A DNA stretch of 64,000 nt from an uncultured Actinomycetes bacterium (GTDB lineage: Bacteria > Actinomycetota > Thermoleophilia > Gaiellales > Gaiellaceae), in the NCBI GenBank assembly GCA_963830885.1, contig CAWHOA010000020.1:3707-67706 (forward strand). The letters run 5' to 3'. A program made the position numbers and the translations under genes. This document shows positions 37,857-49,092 of this stretch, one piece after another. A model generated the notes under the pieces. The model saw nothing but the letters and a program-made list of their open reading frames with translations. It searched no databases and was not told the DNA's origin. Numbering within the stretch: position 1 is the stretch's first letter; each line of letters starts with the position of its first letter.

Positions 37857-40145
37857 GTGATCGGCGAGCGCCTCGAGCGCATCCCGCCGGCGCACCTGCT
37901 CGCCGGCGCCTTCTGCGCGGGCCTCGCGCTCGCCCTCCTCCTCCGCGACGCCCACCCTGGCCTGCTCCTGGTCGCCGCAGGCCTGGGACTGAGCTCCCCG
38001 TTCGGCCGGAGTGCCGTCGTGCCCCTGCTCGCCTGCGCGCTCCTCCTCACCGGTCTCTGGTGGGGCAGCTTTCGGCTGGCCGCCCTCGACCGGAGCCTGC
38101 TCGAGCCGGAAATCGGCCGTGCCGCGCTCGCCGTCGTCGAGGTCACCGGCCCGGCGCGTCGCACGGAGTTCGCCGTGCGCGTACCCGTGCGGGTGCGCAG
38201 ATTCGGCGAGCTGGAGCCCGACGAGCGCGCACGACTCGACCTCTCGCCGGAAGCCGTGCCCCAGCAGGGCGCGATCCTCGAGCTCGTGGCGACCGTCGCC
38301 GCCCCGCGGGCGCCGGAGGAGGAAGGCGACTTCGACGAGGCGGGCTACCTCCGCCGGCAGGGCGTTCATGTGGTTCTGAAGGCCAGCGGGTTCCGGGTGC
38401 TCGGCCGCCGCGGAGGGCTCGGCGGGGTCGCCGACACCCTTCGCCACGGCGTCTCTCGGTCGCTGGAGACGGTTCCGTCGGGTGAGCGGCGCGCCGTGCT
38501 TGCCGGCGTCGTGCTCGGCGAGGACGAAGGGCTCGAAGCGGACCTGCGCGACAGCTTCCGCGCGTCGGGCCTCTACCACCTGCTCGCGGTCTCGGGTCAG
38601 AACGTTGCGTACGTGATCGCCGGGACGATCCTGCTCGTCTGGACGCTCGGGCTCCCGCGCCGAATCGGCGAGCTGGCCGCTCTGGGAACCGTCGCGGCGT
38701 ACGTGCTCGCCGTCGGGTGGCAGCCCTCTGTGATCCGGGCCGGGGTCGCCGGCGGGCTGGCCTCGCTTGCGTGGCTCGCGTCCCGACCGCGCGACCGGTG
38801 GTACTTCCTGCTCGTCGGCGCCGCAGTCCTGCTGGCGTGGAATCCGTACAGCCTCCTCGAGCCCGGCTTCCAGCTCTCGTTCAGCGCCGTCGCCGCGATC
38901 TTCGTACTCGTTCCTCGAATCAGTCGGCGGCTCGAGGGCTATCCGCTGCCGCGGCTCCTGGCCGAGGCGATCGCGGTCTCCTCCGCTTGCGGGCTCGTCA
39001 CCGCGCCGATTCTCTGGCTCCATTTCGGCGCGATCCCCGTCTACGCCGTCGCGGCGAATGCGCTGGCCGCCCCGGTCGTGGCGCCGCTCCTCGGTCTCGC
39101 GCTCGCCGCAGCGGCGCTCCATCCTGCGCTCCCGGAGGCCGCTGCGGCGCTCGTGTGGCTCGACGCCTGGCTCGCCGGCTATCTCGCGCTCTGCGCCCGC
39201 CTGGTCGGGGGGCTCCCGTACGCGCAGGCCGGCTCGCTCCTGGCCCTCGGCTTCCTGACGGCGCTTGTCGCCTGCGCGCTCCTGTTCATGCGTATGCGAG
39301 GTCCGGTCATGCGGAGAGGGATCGCGGTGGGAAGCCTGGTTCTGGCTCTCACCGTCGCGTGGCGCGTTGCCTCGGACGACGACCCGCTCGATCCGCCCGA
39401 CGGCCTCCGGATCACGGTGCTCGACGTGGGCCAGGGCGACGCCATCCTCCTCGAGGTCGCGGAGGGTGCAGTACTGGTCGACCAGGGCCCGCCCGAGGCC
39501 GAGGTGGCCGCCCAGCTCGACGATCTGGGCGTGGACGAGCTCACGGCGCTCGTGCTCACCCACCCGCAGCGCGACCACATCGGCGGCGCGGCCGAGGTGC
39601 TCGAGCAGCTCGACGTGGGTGCCGTCCTCGACCCGCTCATACCCGTGGCGAGCGAGGACCATGACGCCGCAGTCGCAATGGCGCGCGAGCGGAAGGTGCC
39701 GGTGGTCGCGGCGCGCGCAGGTCGGAGCTTCAGGGTCGGCGCTCTGAGGGTGCGGATCCTCTGGCCCGATGGCTCTGGAACGCCGGGTGAGGATCCGAAC
39801 GACAACGCCGTCGTCATTCTTGTCTCCTACGGCTCGGTCGACGCACTCCTGACCGCCGATGCGGAGGGAAACGTGACGGTGCCCATCCGCCCGCCGCCGG
39901 TCGAGATCCTCAAGGTCGCCCATCACGGCTCCGCCGACCCGGCTCTCCCGCAGCTGCTCGAGCTGACGCGCCCGCGGGTCGCGGTGGTCTCCGTCGGGAG
40001 CCGGAACGACTACGGCCACCCGACTCCCGAGACCATCTCGGCGCTAGCGGCCTTTCCCGGCCTCGCCGTGTACCGGACTGATCGTGACGGGCGCGTGACG
40101 ATCGAGACGGACGGCCGCCGGATCTCGGTCGCGGAGGGCGGCTGA
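37857..40145 (+). CDS. comEC: DNA internalization channel ComEC/Rec2 with metallo-beta-lactamase domain
   Basis: Polytopic core with FRASGLYHLLAVSGQNVA. C-terminus ITVLDVGQGDAILLE...LTHPQRDHIGG...KVAHHGS. Confidence 0.9.
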   Translation: MIGERLERIPPAHLLAGAFCAGLALALLLRDAHPGLLLVAAGLGLSSPFGRSAVVPLLACALLLTGLWWGSFRLAALDRSLLEPEIGRAALAVVEVTGPARRTEFAVRVPVRVRRFGELEPDERARLDLSPEAVPQQGAILELVATVAAPRAPEEEGDFDEAGYLRRQGVHVVLKASGFRVLGRRGGLGGVADTLRHGVSRSLETVPSGERRAVLAGVVLGEDEGLEADLRDSFRASGLYHLLAVSGQNVAYVIAGTILLVWTLGLPRRIGELAALGTVAAYVLAVGWQPSVIRAGVAGGLASLAWLASRPRDRWYFLLVGAAVLLAWNPYSLLEPGFQLSFSAVAAIFVLVPRISRRLEGYPLPRLLAEAIAVSSACGLVTAPILWLHFGAIPVYAVAANALAAPVVAPLLGLALAAAALHPALPEAAAALVWLDAWLAGYLALCARLVGGLPYAQAGSLLALGFLTALVACALLFMRMRGPVMRRGIAVGSLVLALTVAWRVASDDDPLDPPDGLRITVLDVGQGDAILLEVAEGAVLVDQGPPEAEVAAQLDDLGVDELTALVLTHPQRDHIGGAAEVLEQLDVGAVLDPLIPVASEDHDAAVAMARERKVPVVAARAGRSFRVGALRVRILWPDGSGTPGEDPNDNAVVILVSYGSVDALLTADAEGNVTVPIRPPPVEILKVAHHGSADPALPQLLELTRPRVAVVSVGSRNDYGHPTPETISALAAFPGLAVYRTDRDGRVTIETDGRRISVAEGG

Positions 40146-40151
40146 CTATGC

Positions 40152-41201
40152 TTGCGCGCGGTGGCCGAAAGCGAGCTCCGCCCGATCTACCTCCTGACCG
40201 GCGGCGACCGTCCGAAGATCCGCCGTGCGCTCGAGCGCCTCCGTTCCCGCTTCGGCGCCGAGTCGGTCGACACCTACGCCGCGGAGGGCACCGCCGGAGA
40301 CGAGGCCGTCGCCGCGCTGAACGCACTGGGCCTCTTCGCCGACGACGGCGGGCGCCTCGTCATCGTCGAGGACGTCGAGCGCTGGAAGAAGGAGGACGAG
40401 GAAGCGGTGGCGAGCTACCTGGCCCGCCCGGTCGAGGGCGCGGTGCTCGCGCTCGTCGCGGGCGAGCTGAAGGGCTCGTCTCTGCCCGCGCTCTGCGCCA
40501 AGGCGGGGGAGGTGCTCACGTTCGAGGTGCCGAGGCCGCGCGACCTCCCGAGCTGGGTGCGCTCTCAATTCGAGCGGGTCGGCGTCCAGGCCGACGGCGA
40601 GGCCGCGCGCGCCCTCGTCGAGATCGTCGGCGACGACGCCACCGCCCTGGCGACCGAGGTCGAGAAGCTCGCCGCCTGGTCGGCCGGCGAGCAGATCGGG
40701 AGACGCGAGGTGGAGCTGCTCGCCGCGCCAGCCCAGGAGGCCTCGGCCTGGGCGATCATGGACGCCTGGGGCGCCCGCGACCTCCCCGGTGCGTTGACCG
40801 CGTGCCAGTCCGAGCTCGAGCACGACACCGACCCCTTCGCGATCGCTATGCGCCTCTCGTCCCAGGTCACTCTCGTCCGGCAGGCTCAGGCGCTCCGCGA
40901 GGAGGGCTTGGCGGCCAAGGACATCGCCAAGCGTCTCCGCAAGCACGAGTTCCGCGTGCGCAAGGCCCTAGGCCATGCGGAGAACTACACGCGCGACGAG
41001 CTCGACGAGGCGGTCATCCGCCTGGCCGCCCTGGACGCCGCGCTCAAGGGCGCCAGCCGGCTGGCCGGCGAGCTGGAGCTCGAGCGGACGATCGTCGAGC
41101 TCGTGCGCGCCCCGGAGCCAGCGCGCATCGCTAGCGCCGCGTGGCCGCCCTTCCCTAGTTACTACGGGGCACCCCATCCCACCACCCGCTTTCGAGCCTA
41201 A
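40152..41201 (+). CDS. holA: DNA polymerase III delta subunit
   Basis: IYLLTGGDRPKIRRALERL...LVIVEDVERW...VEKLAAW, in the position after comEC. Start and extreme C-terminus uncertain. Confidence 0.8.
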   Translation: MRAVAESELRPIYLLTGGDRPKIRRALERLRSRFGAESVDTYAAEGTAGDEAVAALNALGLFADDGGRLVIVEDVERWKKEDEEAVASYLARPVEGAVLALVAGELKGSSLPALCAKAGEVLTFEVPRPRDLPSWVRSQFERVGVQADGEAARALVEIVGDDATALATEVEKLAAWSAGEQIGRREVELLAAPAQEASAWAIMDAWGARDLPGALTACQSELEHDTDPFAIAMRLSSQVTLVRQAQALREEGLAAKDIAKRLRKHEFRVRKALGHAENYTRDELDEAVIRLAALDAALKGASRLAGELELERTIVELVRAPEPARIASAAWPPFPSYYGAPHPTTRFRA

Positions 41202-41232
41202 CGCGAAAGTCCGCGCGCGTGGCGCACGAACC

Positions 41233-41279
41233 GTGACGAATCCGTCACAGACTCGTACCGGATCTCTACCGAGATCCGG
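41233..41279. terminator. two hairpins between convergent holA and rpsT
   Basis: GTGACG-aatc-CGTCAC (41233-41248) and CCGGATCTC-tacc-GAGATCCGG (41258-41279). The latter abuts the rpsT stop. Confidence 0.4.
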
Positions 41280-41543
41280 CTAGGAGGCGCCGGCGACGAG
41301 CTGAGCCGCCTGGGACTTCTTGCGTGCTGCCCGGTTCGGATGAATCGCGCGATGGGCAGCGGCCCGGTCGAGGCAGCGAACCAGGTCGCGGTGAGCGACG
41401 GATGCCGCCTCCTTGTCGCCCTCGGCGACCGCCGTCTCGAGCCGCTTGTAGAGCGTCTTTGCGGTCGAGCGGTAGTGAAGGTTCTCGAGCCGCTGACGGG
41501 CGGCGATCGAGACGCGGCGCTTTTGCTGCTTGATGTTCGGCAT
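41280..41543 (-). CDS. rpsT: 30S ribosomal protein S20
   Basis: MPNIKQQKRRVSIAARQRLENLHYRSTAKTLYKRLETAV...AIHPNRAARKKSQ. Confidence 0.95.
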   Translation of the reverse strand: MPNIKQQKRRVSIAARQRLENLHYRSTAKTLYKRLETAVAEGDKEAASVAHRDLVRCLDRAAAHRAIHPNRAARKKSQAAQLVAGAS

Positions 41544-41625
41544 ACCGAGAAAATGGCCCCCTCGGGGCCGTCGGCAATCGTAGCAGGAGGCCGGTTGCTC
41601 TGGCCGCTTCCCTATCCTCGGCCCG

Positions 41626-43221
41626 GTGAGCGAGGCAGACCCGCCGCGCACGCCCGGTCGGCCACGGCGGCGCCTGGCGCTCTCGACTGCGATCTTCGCG
41701 GCGATCACCGGGATCTCGCGGGTCCTCGGCCTCTTTCGCGAGATCGTCGCGCGCCGCACCTTCGGCGTCGAGGGCGACATCAACGCGTTCACCGTCGCGT
41801 TCCAGCTCCCCAACCTCGTGCGCTCGCTCGCGGCGGACTCGGCCCTCAGCGCTGCGTTCGTGCCCGTTTTCAGCGAGCTGCTCGAGAAGGAGCAGCGCGC
41901 GCGAGCCTGGCATGTGGCCTCGACCCTCTTCTGGCTCGTGTTGATCGTGCTCGGCGCGCTGACCGGCCTCCTCATGCTCTTCGCACCGCTGATCATGCGG
42001 ATCTTCGGGCTGGGCGACCTCGAAGATCTCGCGACCACCCTCTCGCGCATCCTCTTTCCAGTCGTCGTCCTCATGGGCGTCTCGGGGGTCGTGGTCGGCA
42101 TCCTCAACTCGTACGAGGAGTTCACCGTCCAGGCGCTGATGCCCGTCCTCTGGAACGTGGCCATCATCGCCTCGCTCCTGTTTGTCGCGCCGCGGTTCGA
42201 GAGCGAGGAAGCGCAGCTCTATGTCTATGCCGGCGGCGTCCTGGTGGGAACCGTCATCCAGACGGTCACACCGGTCTGGTGGCTCCGCGGGCGCGACGGG
42301 CGGATCCGGGCCGTTCTCGACCTTCGCGATCCGGCAGTCAAGCGCGTGCTGACGCTGATGCTGCCCGTGGCCCTCGGGGTCGGGCTCATCAACTTCAACC
42401 TCGTCGTGAACACGTTCTTCGCGTCGAGGTTCGTCGACCCCCTGCTTGCGCCGAGCGCGATCGACGCCGCCTTCAGGATCTACATGCTTCCGCAGGGCAT
42501 GTTCTCCGTCGCCGTGGCGACGGTTCTCTTCCCGCTCCTCTCGCGGCTCGCCGCCCGGCACGACACCGACGGCTTCCGCAGCACCGTCTCGCTCGGCCTC
42601 CGGCAGATCGGCTTCCTGCTCCTGCCCGCGAGCGCGATCGCCGCCGTCCTCGCGGAGCCGATCGTGCGGCTGCTCTACCAACGCGGCGAGTTCACAGCCG
42701 AGCAGACGCCCGTCGTCGCGGGGGCGCTCGCAGCCTTCGCGGTCGGGCTCACGTTCAACGGGACGATGCTCATGCTCAACCGTTCCTTCTACAGCCTGCA
42801 GGCGCCGTGGGTACCGACCTGGGTCGCGCTCGGGAACCTCGTGCTGAACGGCGTGCTCGCCGCGATCCTCTACCGCGTCGGGGTCTGGGGCATTCCACTC
42901 GCGACCTCGCTCGTCAACATCGCCGGGACCTTGGCGCTGGTCGCGATCCTCCGCCGCCGACTGGGGCGGCTGGACGGCGGAGCGATTCTCTCCTCGTACG
43001 CGCGCATCGCAGCTGCCTCGGTCGCGGCCGCCGCTGCCGCCTTCGGCATCTGGTACGGGCTCGACGCGACACTGGGACGCTCGCTGGGCGCACAGATCCT
43101 TTCCGTCGGCATCGGCGTCCTCGCCGGGACGGCCGTCTTCCTCGCCGCAGCCGCCCTCCTCCGCGTCCGCGAGCTGCAGACGCTCCGCTCGCTCCGCCGC
43201 CGATCCGGTACAACGGACTAG
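41626..43221 (+). CDS. murJ: lipid II flippase MurJ
   Basis: TAIFAAITGISRVLGLFREIVARRTFGVEGDINAFTVAFQLPNLVRSLAADSALSAAFVPVF, with about 14 TM segments. Confidence 0.9.
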   Translation: MSEADPPRTPGRPRRRLALSTAIFAAITGISRVLGLFREIVARRTFGVEGDINAFTVAFQLPNLVRSLAADSALSAAFVPVFSELLEKEQRARAWHVASTLFWLVLIVLGALTGLLMLFAPLIMRIFGLGDLEDLATTLSRILFPVVVLMGVSGVVVGILNSYEEFTVQALMPVLWNVAIIASLLFVAPRFESEEAQLYVYAGGVLVGTVIQTVTPVWWLRGRDGRIRAVLDLRDPAVKRVLTLMLPVALGVGLINFNLVVNTFFASRFVDPLLAPSAIDAAFRIYMLPQGMFSVAVATVLFPLLSRLAARHDTDGFRSTVSLGLRQIGFLLLPASAIAAVLAEPIVRLLYQRGEFTAEQTPVVAGALAAFAVGLTFNGTMLMLNRSFYSLQAPWVPTWVALGNLVLNGVLAAILYRVGVWGIPLATSLVNIAGTLALVAILRRRLGRLDGGAILSSYARIAAASVAAAAAAFGIWYGLDATLGRSLGAQILSVGIGVLAGTAVFLAAAALLRVRELQTLRSLRRRSGTTD

Positions 43222-43230
43222 CGATCAGCC

Positions 43231-45018
<1,788 letters not shown>

Positions 45019-45022
<4 letters not shown>

Positions 45023-46137
45023 ACGGCGCCGTCCGGCACCTGTACGTCCACCTGCCGTTCTGTGCGCACCGCTGCGGCTACTGCGACTTCGTGACGCTCG
45101 TCGGCCGGCGCGACGGCCATGGGGCGTACGTCGACGCTCTCCTGGCCGAGCTCGAGCTGGAGAGCGGCGCATTGGCCCCAGACGTCGAAACGGTATTCCT
45201 CGGGGGTGGTACGCCGACGTTCACCGATCCGGCCGAGCTCGTTCGCCTGCTCGCGGTGCTGCCCTCGGCGGCCGAGGTCACGGTCGAGGCGAACCCCGAG
45301 ACCGTGACGCCCGAACTGGCGCTGCTTCTTCGCCGCGGCGGCGTGTCGCGAGTCTCCCTCGGCGCGCAGAGCTTCCAGCCGGAGCTGCTGGCCGTGCTCG
45401 AGCGCCGCGCGGAGCCCGAGACCGTCCGGGCCGCGTTCTACCATCTTCGTGATGCCGGATTCGACAACATCTCGCTCGATCTCGTCTACGGCATCCCCGG
45501 CCAGAGCCCCGCCGACCTCGATCTCGACCTTGCAGAGGCGATCGCGCTCGGCCCGGAGCACCTGTCCTGCTACGAGCTCGAGGCGAAGCCCGGCACCCGC
45601 TTCACCGTCGCGCACGGAGACGAGCTGGCGGCGCAGGCGGAGGCGATGGAGGGCTACTTCGAGCTGGTCGTGGAGACGCTCGTCGGCGCCGGCTATCGCT
45701 GGTACGAGACGGCGAACTTCTGCCGGCCCGGCCGCCAGGCGCGGCACAACCTCGGCTACTGGCTCGGCCAGGACTACCTCGGCGTCGGGATCGGGGCGGT
45801 CTCGACCGTAGCCGGGCTGCGCTGGCGGAACCGGCCGAGCCTGGCCGGGTATCTCGGGGCACTCGCCGAGGGCCGGCGGCCGCCGCGGGAGGAGGAGGCT
45901 CTCGAGCCGGAGGTCGTGCTCCGCGAGCGGCTGCTCCTCGGGCTGCGCCTCGACGAGCCGGTGGAGCTGTCCAGCGTGGACGGCGCCGTCGACTCGGACG
46001 CCCTCGCACGCATGGAGCGGCTCGGGCTCGCCGAGCGCCGGAACGGCGGCCTGGCCCTCACGCGCCGCGGCCGGTTCCTCGGCGGCGGCGTCACGGCCGA
46101 GCTGATGGCCGAAAGCCCTGCAAAAAGTACACTTTAG
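45019..46137 (+). CDS. hemW: radical SAM heme chaperone HemW (HemN-like)
   Basis: [17 protein letters not shown] (CxxxCxxC) and GGGTPTF. The GTGA overlaps the lepA stop. Confidence 0.88.
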
Positions 46138-46141
46138 AACG

Positions 46142-47185
46142 ATGGCGGACGCACAGGACCTACGCCTCAGCCCGCGACAGGAGTTGATCCTCGCGCGCGC
46201 GGTGGAGGAGTACGTGGCGACAGGGACGCCCGTGGGCTCGAAGACGCTCGTCGAGCGCACCGGACTGGACGTGTCCTCGTCGACCGTCCGTTACGAGCTG
46301 GCGGTGCTCGAGGAGCAGGGGCTCCTGACGCACCCGCATACGTCCGCCGGGCGCGTGCCGACCGACGCGGGCTACCGGGTGTTCGTCGACCGCCTGCTCG
46401 ACCGGCTCGAGCCGCGTCCTGCCGACCTCGAGCTCGACCTCTCGGGCGCGGAGAGCCAGGTCGACTCGGCGCTGCGCGCGACGACGGAGGTGCTCGCGGA
46501 CCTGACCCACCTGCTCGCGCTCGTCTCGGCCCCGCCGCTCGAGACGACGATGCTGCGCCACGTCGAGGTCCTGCTGCTGCAGCCGCGAGTGGTCATGGTC
46601 GTCGTCATCACCTCCACGGGAGGCGTGACAAAGCGGTTGTTGACGTTCGAGGAGCCGGTCGACGCGGGCCTTGCCGAGTGGGCGGCGCAGTACCTGAACG
46701 AGACACTCGCCGGCCTGCGCCTCGGCGCGCGGCTGCTGCGCGCGCGCTTCGAGGACGCCGCCCTCTCGGACCGCGAGCGGGCGTTCCTCGAGCGAGTGCG
46801 TCCCGCGTTCACCGACGTCCTCGAGGCGGAGGAGCAGACGCTCTACGTCGGCGGGACGGCCGGCGTGCTCGACGAGTTTCGCACCGACGAGCTGCGAACG
46901 TACCGCCGGCTCCTCGAGGTTCTCGAGCAGCGGGCTGCCGTGCTCGACCTCCTGCGGGCGAGCCTCGGCTCGAAGCGTCCCTTCGTCCGTGTCGGGCCGG
47001 ATCTCGACGATCCGGACCTCGCCGGCGTCTCGCTCGTGGGCGCCGCCTACGGGCTTCAGCACATGAACCTGGGGACGGTCAGCCTTCTGGGCCCGACGCG
47101 CATGGACTACGAGAAGGCAATCGCAGTCGTGCGTGCTGCCGCACATGAGCTCTCGCGCTTCGTCGAGGAGCTCTACGAGAGCTGA
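46142..47185 (+). CDS. hrcA: heat-inducible transcription repressor HrcA
   Basis: LSPRQELILARAVEEYVATGTPVGSKTLVERTGLDVSSSTVRYELAVLEEQGLLTHPHTSAGRVPT. Confidence 0.93.
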   Translation: MADAQDLRLSPRQELILARAVEEYVATGTPVGSKTLVERTGLDVSSSTVRYELAVLEEQGLLTHPHTSAGRVPTDAGYRVFVDRLLDRLEPRPADLELDLSGAESQVDSALRATTEVLADLTHLLALVSAPPLETTMLRHVEVLLLQPRVVMVVVITSTGGVTKRLLTFEEPVDAGLAEWAAQYLNETLAGLRLGARLLRARFEDAALSDRERAFLERVRPAFTDVLEAEEQTLYVGGTAGVLDEFRTDELRTYRRLLEVLEQRAAVLDLLRASLGSKRPFVRVGPDLDDPDLAGVSLVGAAYGLQHMNLGTVSLLGPTRMDYEKAIAVVRAAAHELSRFVEELYES

Positions 47186-47189
47186 GACC

Positions 47190-48318
47190 GTGGCCACGAC
47201 GCGACGCGACTACTACGAGATCCTCGGCGTCCCGCGCAACGCCGACGAACGCGCGATCAAGTCCGCGTTCCGGCGGCTGGCGCGCGAGCTGCACCCCGAC
47301 GTGTCCGACCACCCCGAGGCCCAGGAGCGCTTCCGCGAGGCCGCGGAGGCCTACGAGGTGCTCTCGAAGGCCGAGACCCGTGAGCTCTACGACCGCTACG
47401 GCCACGACGGGCTCCGCACCGGTGGCTTCCGGCCGACGGACTTCGACTTCGGGAGCCTCAACGACCTCTTCTCCGCGTTCTTCGGCGACGACCTCTTCGG
47501 CGGAGTCGGGGGCCGCGGCGGCCGGCGATCGGCACGGGGGGCGGACGTGCTCGCCGAGGTCGAGGTCACCCTGGTCGAGGCTGCGGAGGGCGCCACCCGC
47601 GCGGTCCCGTTCCCGGCGGTGGTCGACTGTGCGACCTGCCACGGCTCCGGCGCCGCTCCCGGGACATCGCCGACGACCTGTGTCGGCTGCGGAGGCACCG
47701 GTCGCCTCCAGACGGTCTCGAGCTCGTTCCTCGGCCAGATCGTGCGGACGCAGGCCTGCCCTCGCTGCGGGGGCCTCGGCGAGGTCGTCGAGAGCCCGTG
47801 CCCCGAGTGCGACGGTGCGGGGCGTCTGACGGAGGAGCGCGAGCTCGAGGTCGAGATCCCGCGGGGAATCCACGACGGGCAGCGCATCCGCCTGGGTGGG
47901 GAGGGGCACGCCGGCTCTCTCGGGGGGCGGTCGGGCGATCTCTACGTGCTCGTCCATGTCCAGCCCGACGACCGGTTCGTGCGGGAGGGCAACGACATCG
48001 TCTCCGCAGTGGAGCTGACGATGACGCAGGCGGCTCTGGGCGCAAGCCTGCAGGTCGAGACGCTCGACGGCGAGCTCGCGCTCGACTTCGAGCCGGGAAC
48101 GCAGCCAGGTGACGTCCGCGTCCTCCGCGGCAAGGGCATGCCCGTCCTCCAGGGGCGCGGGCGCGGCGATCATCGCGTGCTCATCGACGTCCGCATCCCG
48201 GCGCACCTCACCGACGAACAGACGCCAGCTGCTCGAGGACTTCGGCCGCAGCGAGCACGAGCGGAACTACGGGACGGACGTCGGCTTCTTCGAGAAGCTG
48301 CGCTCCGCGTTCCGCTGA
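47190..48318 (+). CDS. dnaJ: molecular chaperone DnaJ, apparent 1-nt frame disruption near 48216-48222
   Basis: J domain DYYEILGVPRNADERAIKSAFRRLARELHPD and the Zn centre CATCHGSG...CVGCGGTG...CPRCGG...CPECDGAG. The C-terminal RQLLEDFGRSEHERNYGTDVGFFEKLRSAFR is in the 48109..48318 frame. Confidence 0.88.
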
Positions 48319-48338
48319 GCGTTCTCCGGCGCCTCGCG

Positions 48339-49079
48339 GTGACCGTCCCGGCCGCGCGGGCCGAGGAGGCCAGGGCGGCGATGATCGCGCTCTTCCCCGA
48401 GGGGTTCGAGGAGCGGGATGCCGGAGGCTTCCTCGAGCTCGCCGCCTACACGGAGCGCGACGACGCGGCCGCCGCGCTCGGGGCGCTCGGGCCGGTGCGC
48501 GACCTCGAGGTCGCTCGCGGCTGGGAAGACGAGTGGCAGCGGTTCCACCGGCCCGTGCGGGTCGGGCCTCTCTGGATCGGGCCGTCCTGGGAGTTGCCCG
48601 ACGCGGAGGTGCTCGCGGTGGTCATCGACCCGGGCCGCGCCTTCGGAACGGGCGCTCACGCCACCACGCGGCTCAGCCTGGAGCTGCTTCTCGAGCTCGA
48701 GACGGGGGACTCGTCGACGTCGGCTGCGGCTCGGGCGTGCTCGCCGTCGCTGCGGCGAAGCTCGGCTTCGCGCCGGTGATCGCGCTCGACGACGACGGGA
48801 CGGCCGTCGAGGTCGCACGCGCGAACACTGCTGCCAACGGAGTCGAGGTCGACGTCCGGCTCGCCGACGCGCTGGTCGATCCCCTTCCGGACGTGCGAGT
48901 CGCGGTCGCCAACATTGCGCGCGTCCCGGTGGAAGGGGTCGCCGAGCGCTTCGGCGGCGAGGTTGTGGTCGCCTCCGGCTATCTCGAGCCCGAGCGACCC
49001 GGCGCCGGCGGGCTGGCGGAGCGCCGCGAGGCGGACGGCGGACGGATGGGCGGCCGACCTTTTCGTGCGGGTCGACTAG
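48339..49079 (+). CDS. prmA: ribosomal protein L11 methyltransferase PrmA, two compensating frame shifts
   Basis: WEDEWQRFHRPVRVGPLWIGPSWE...GTGAHATTRLSLELLLELE (frame 0), GGLVDVGCGSGVLAVAAAKLGFAPVIALDDD (frame 2, SAM motif I), GWRSAARRTADGWAADLFVRVD* (frame 0). Switches at the G-runs 48704-48708 and 49010-49012. Confidence 0.8.
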
Positions 49080-49092
49080 CATCGTCGCTCCC

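Noticed and set aside
41201-41225. GAAAGTCCG string reminiscent of the conserved RNase P RNA motif GAGGAAAGUCCGGGC.
   Set aside because: Only a 9-nt match. The surrounding sequence lacks the rest of the P4/P-loop conserved blocks. The spacer (about 80 nt) is far too short for RNase P RNA.
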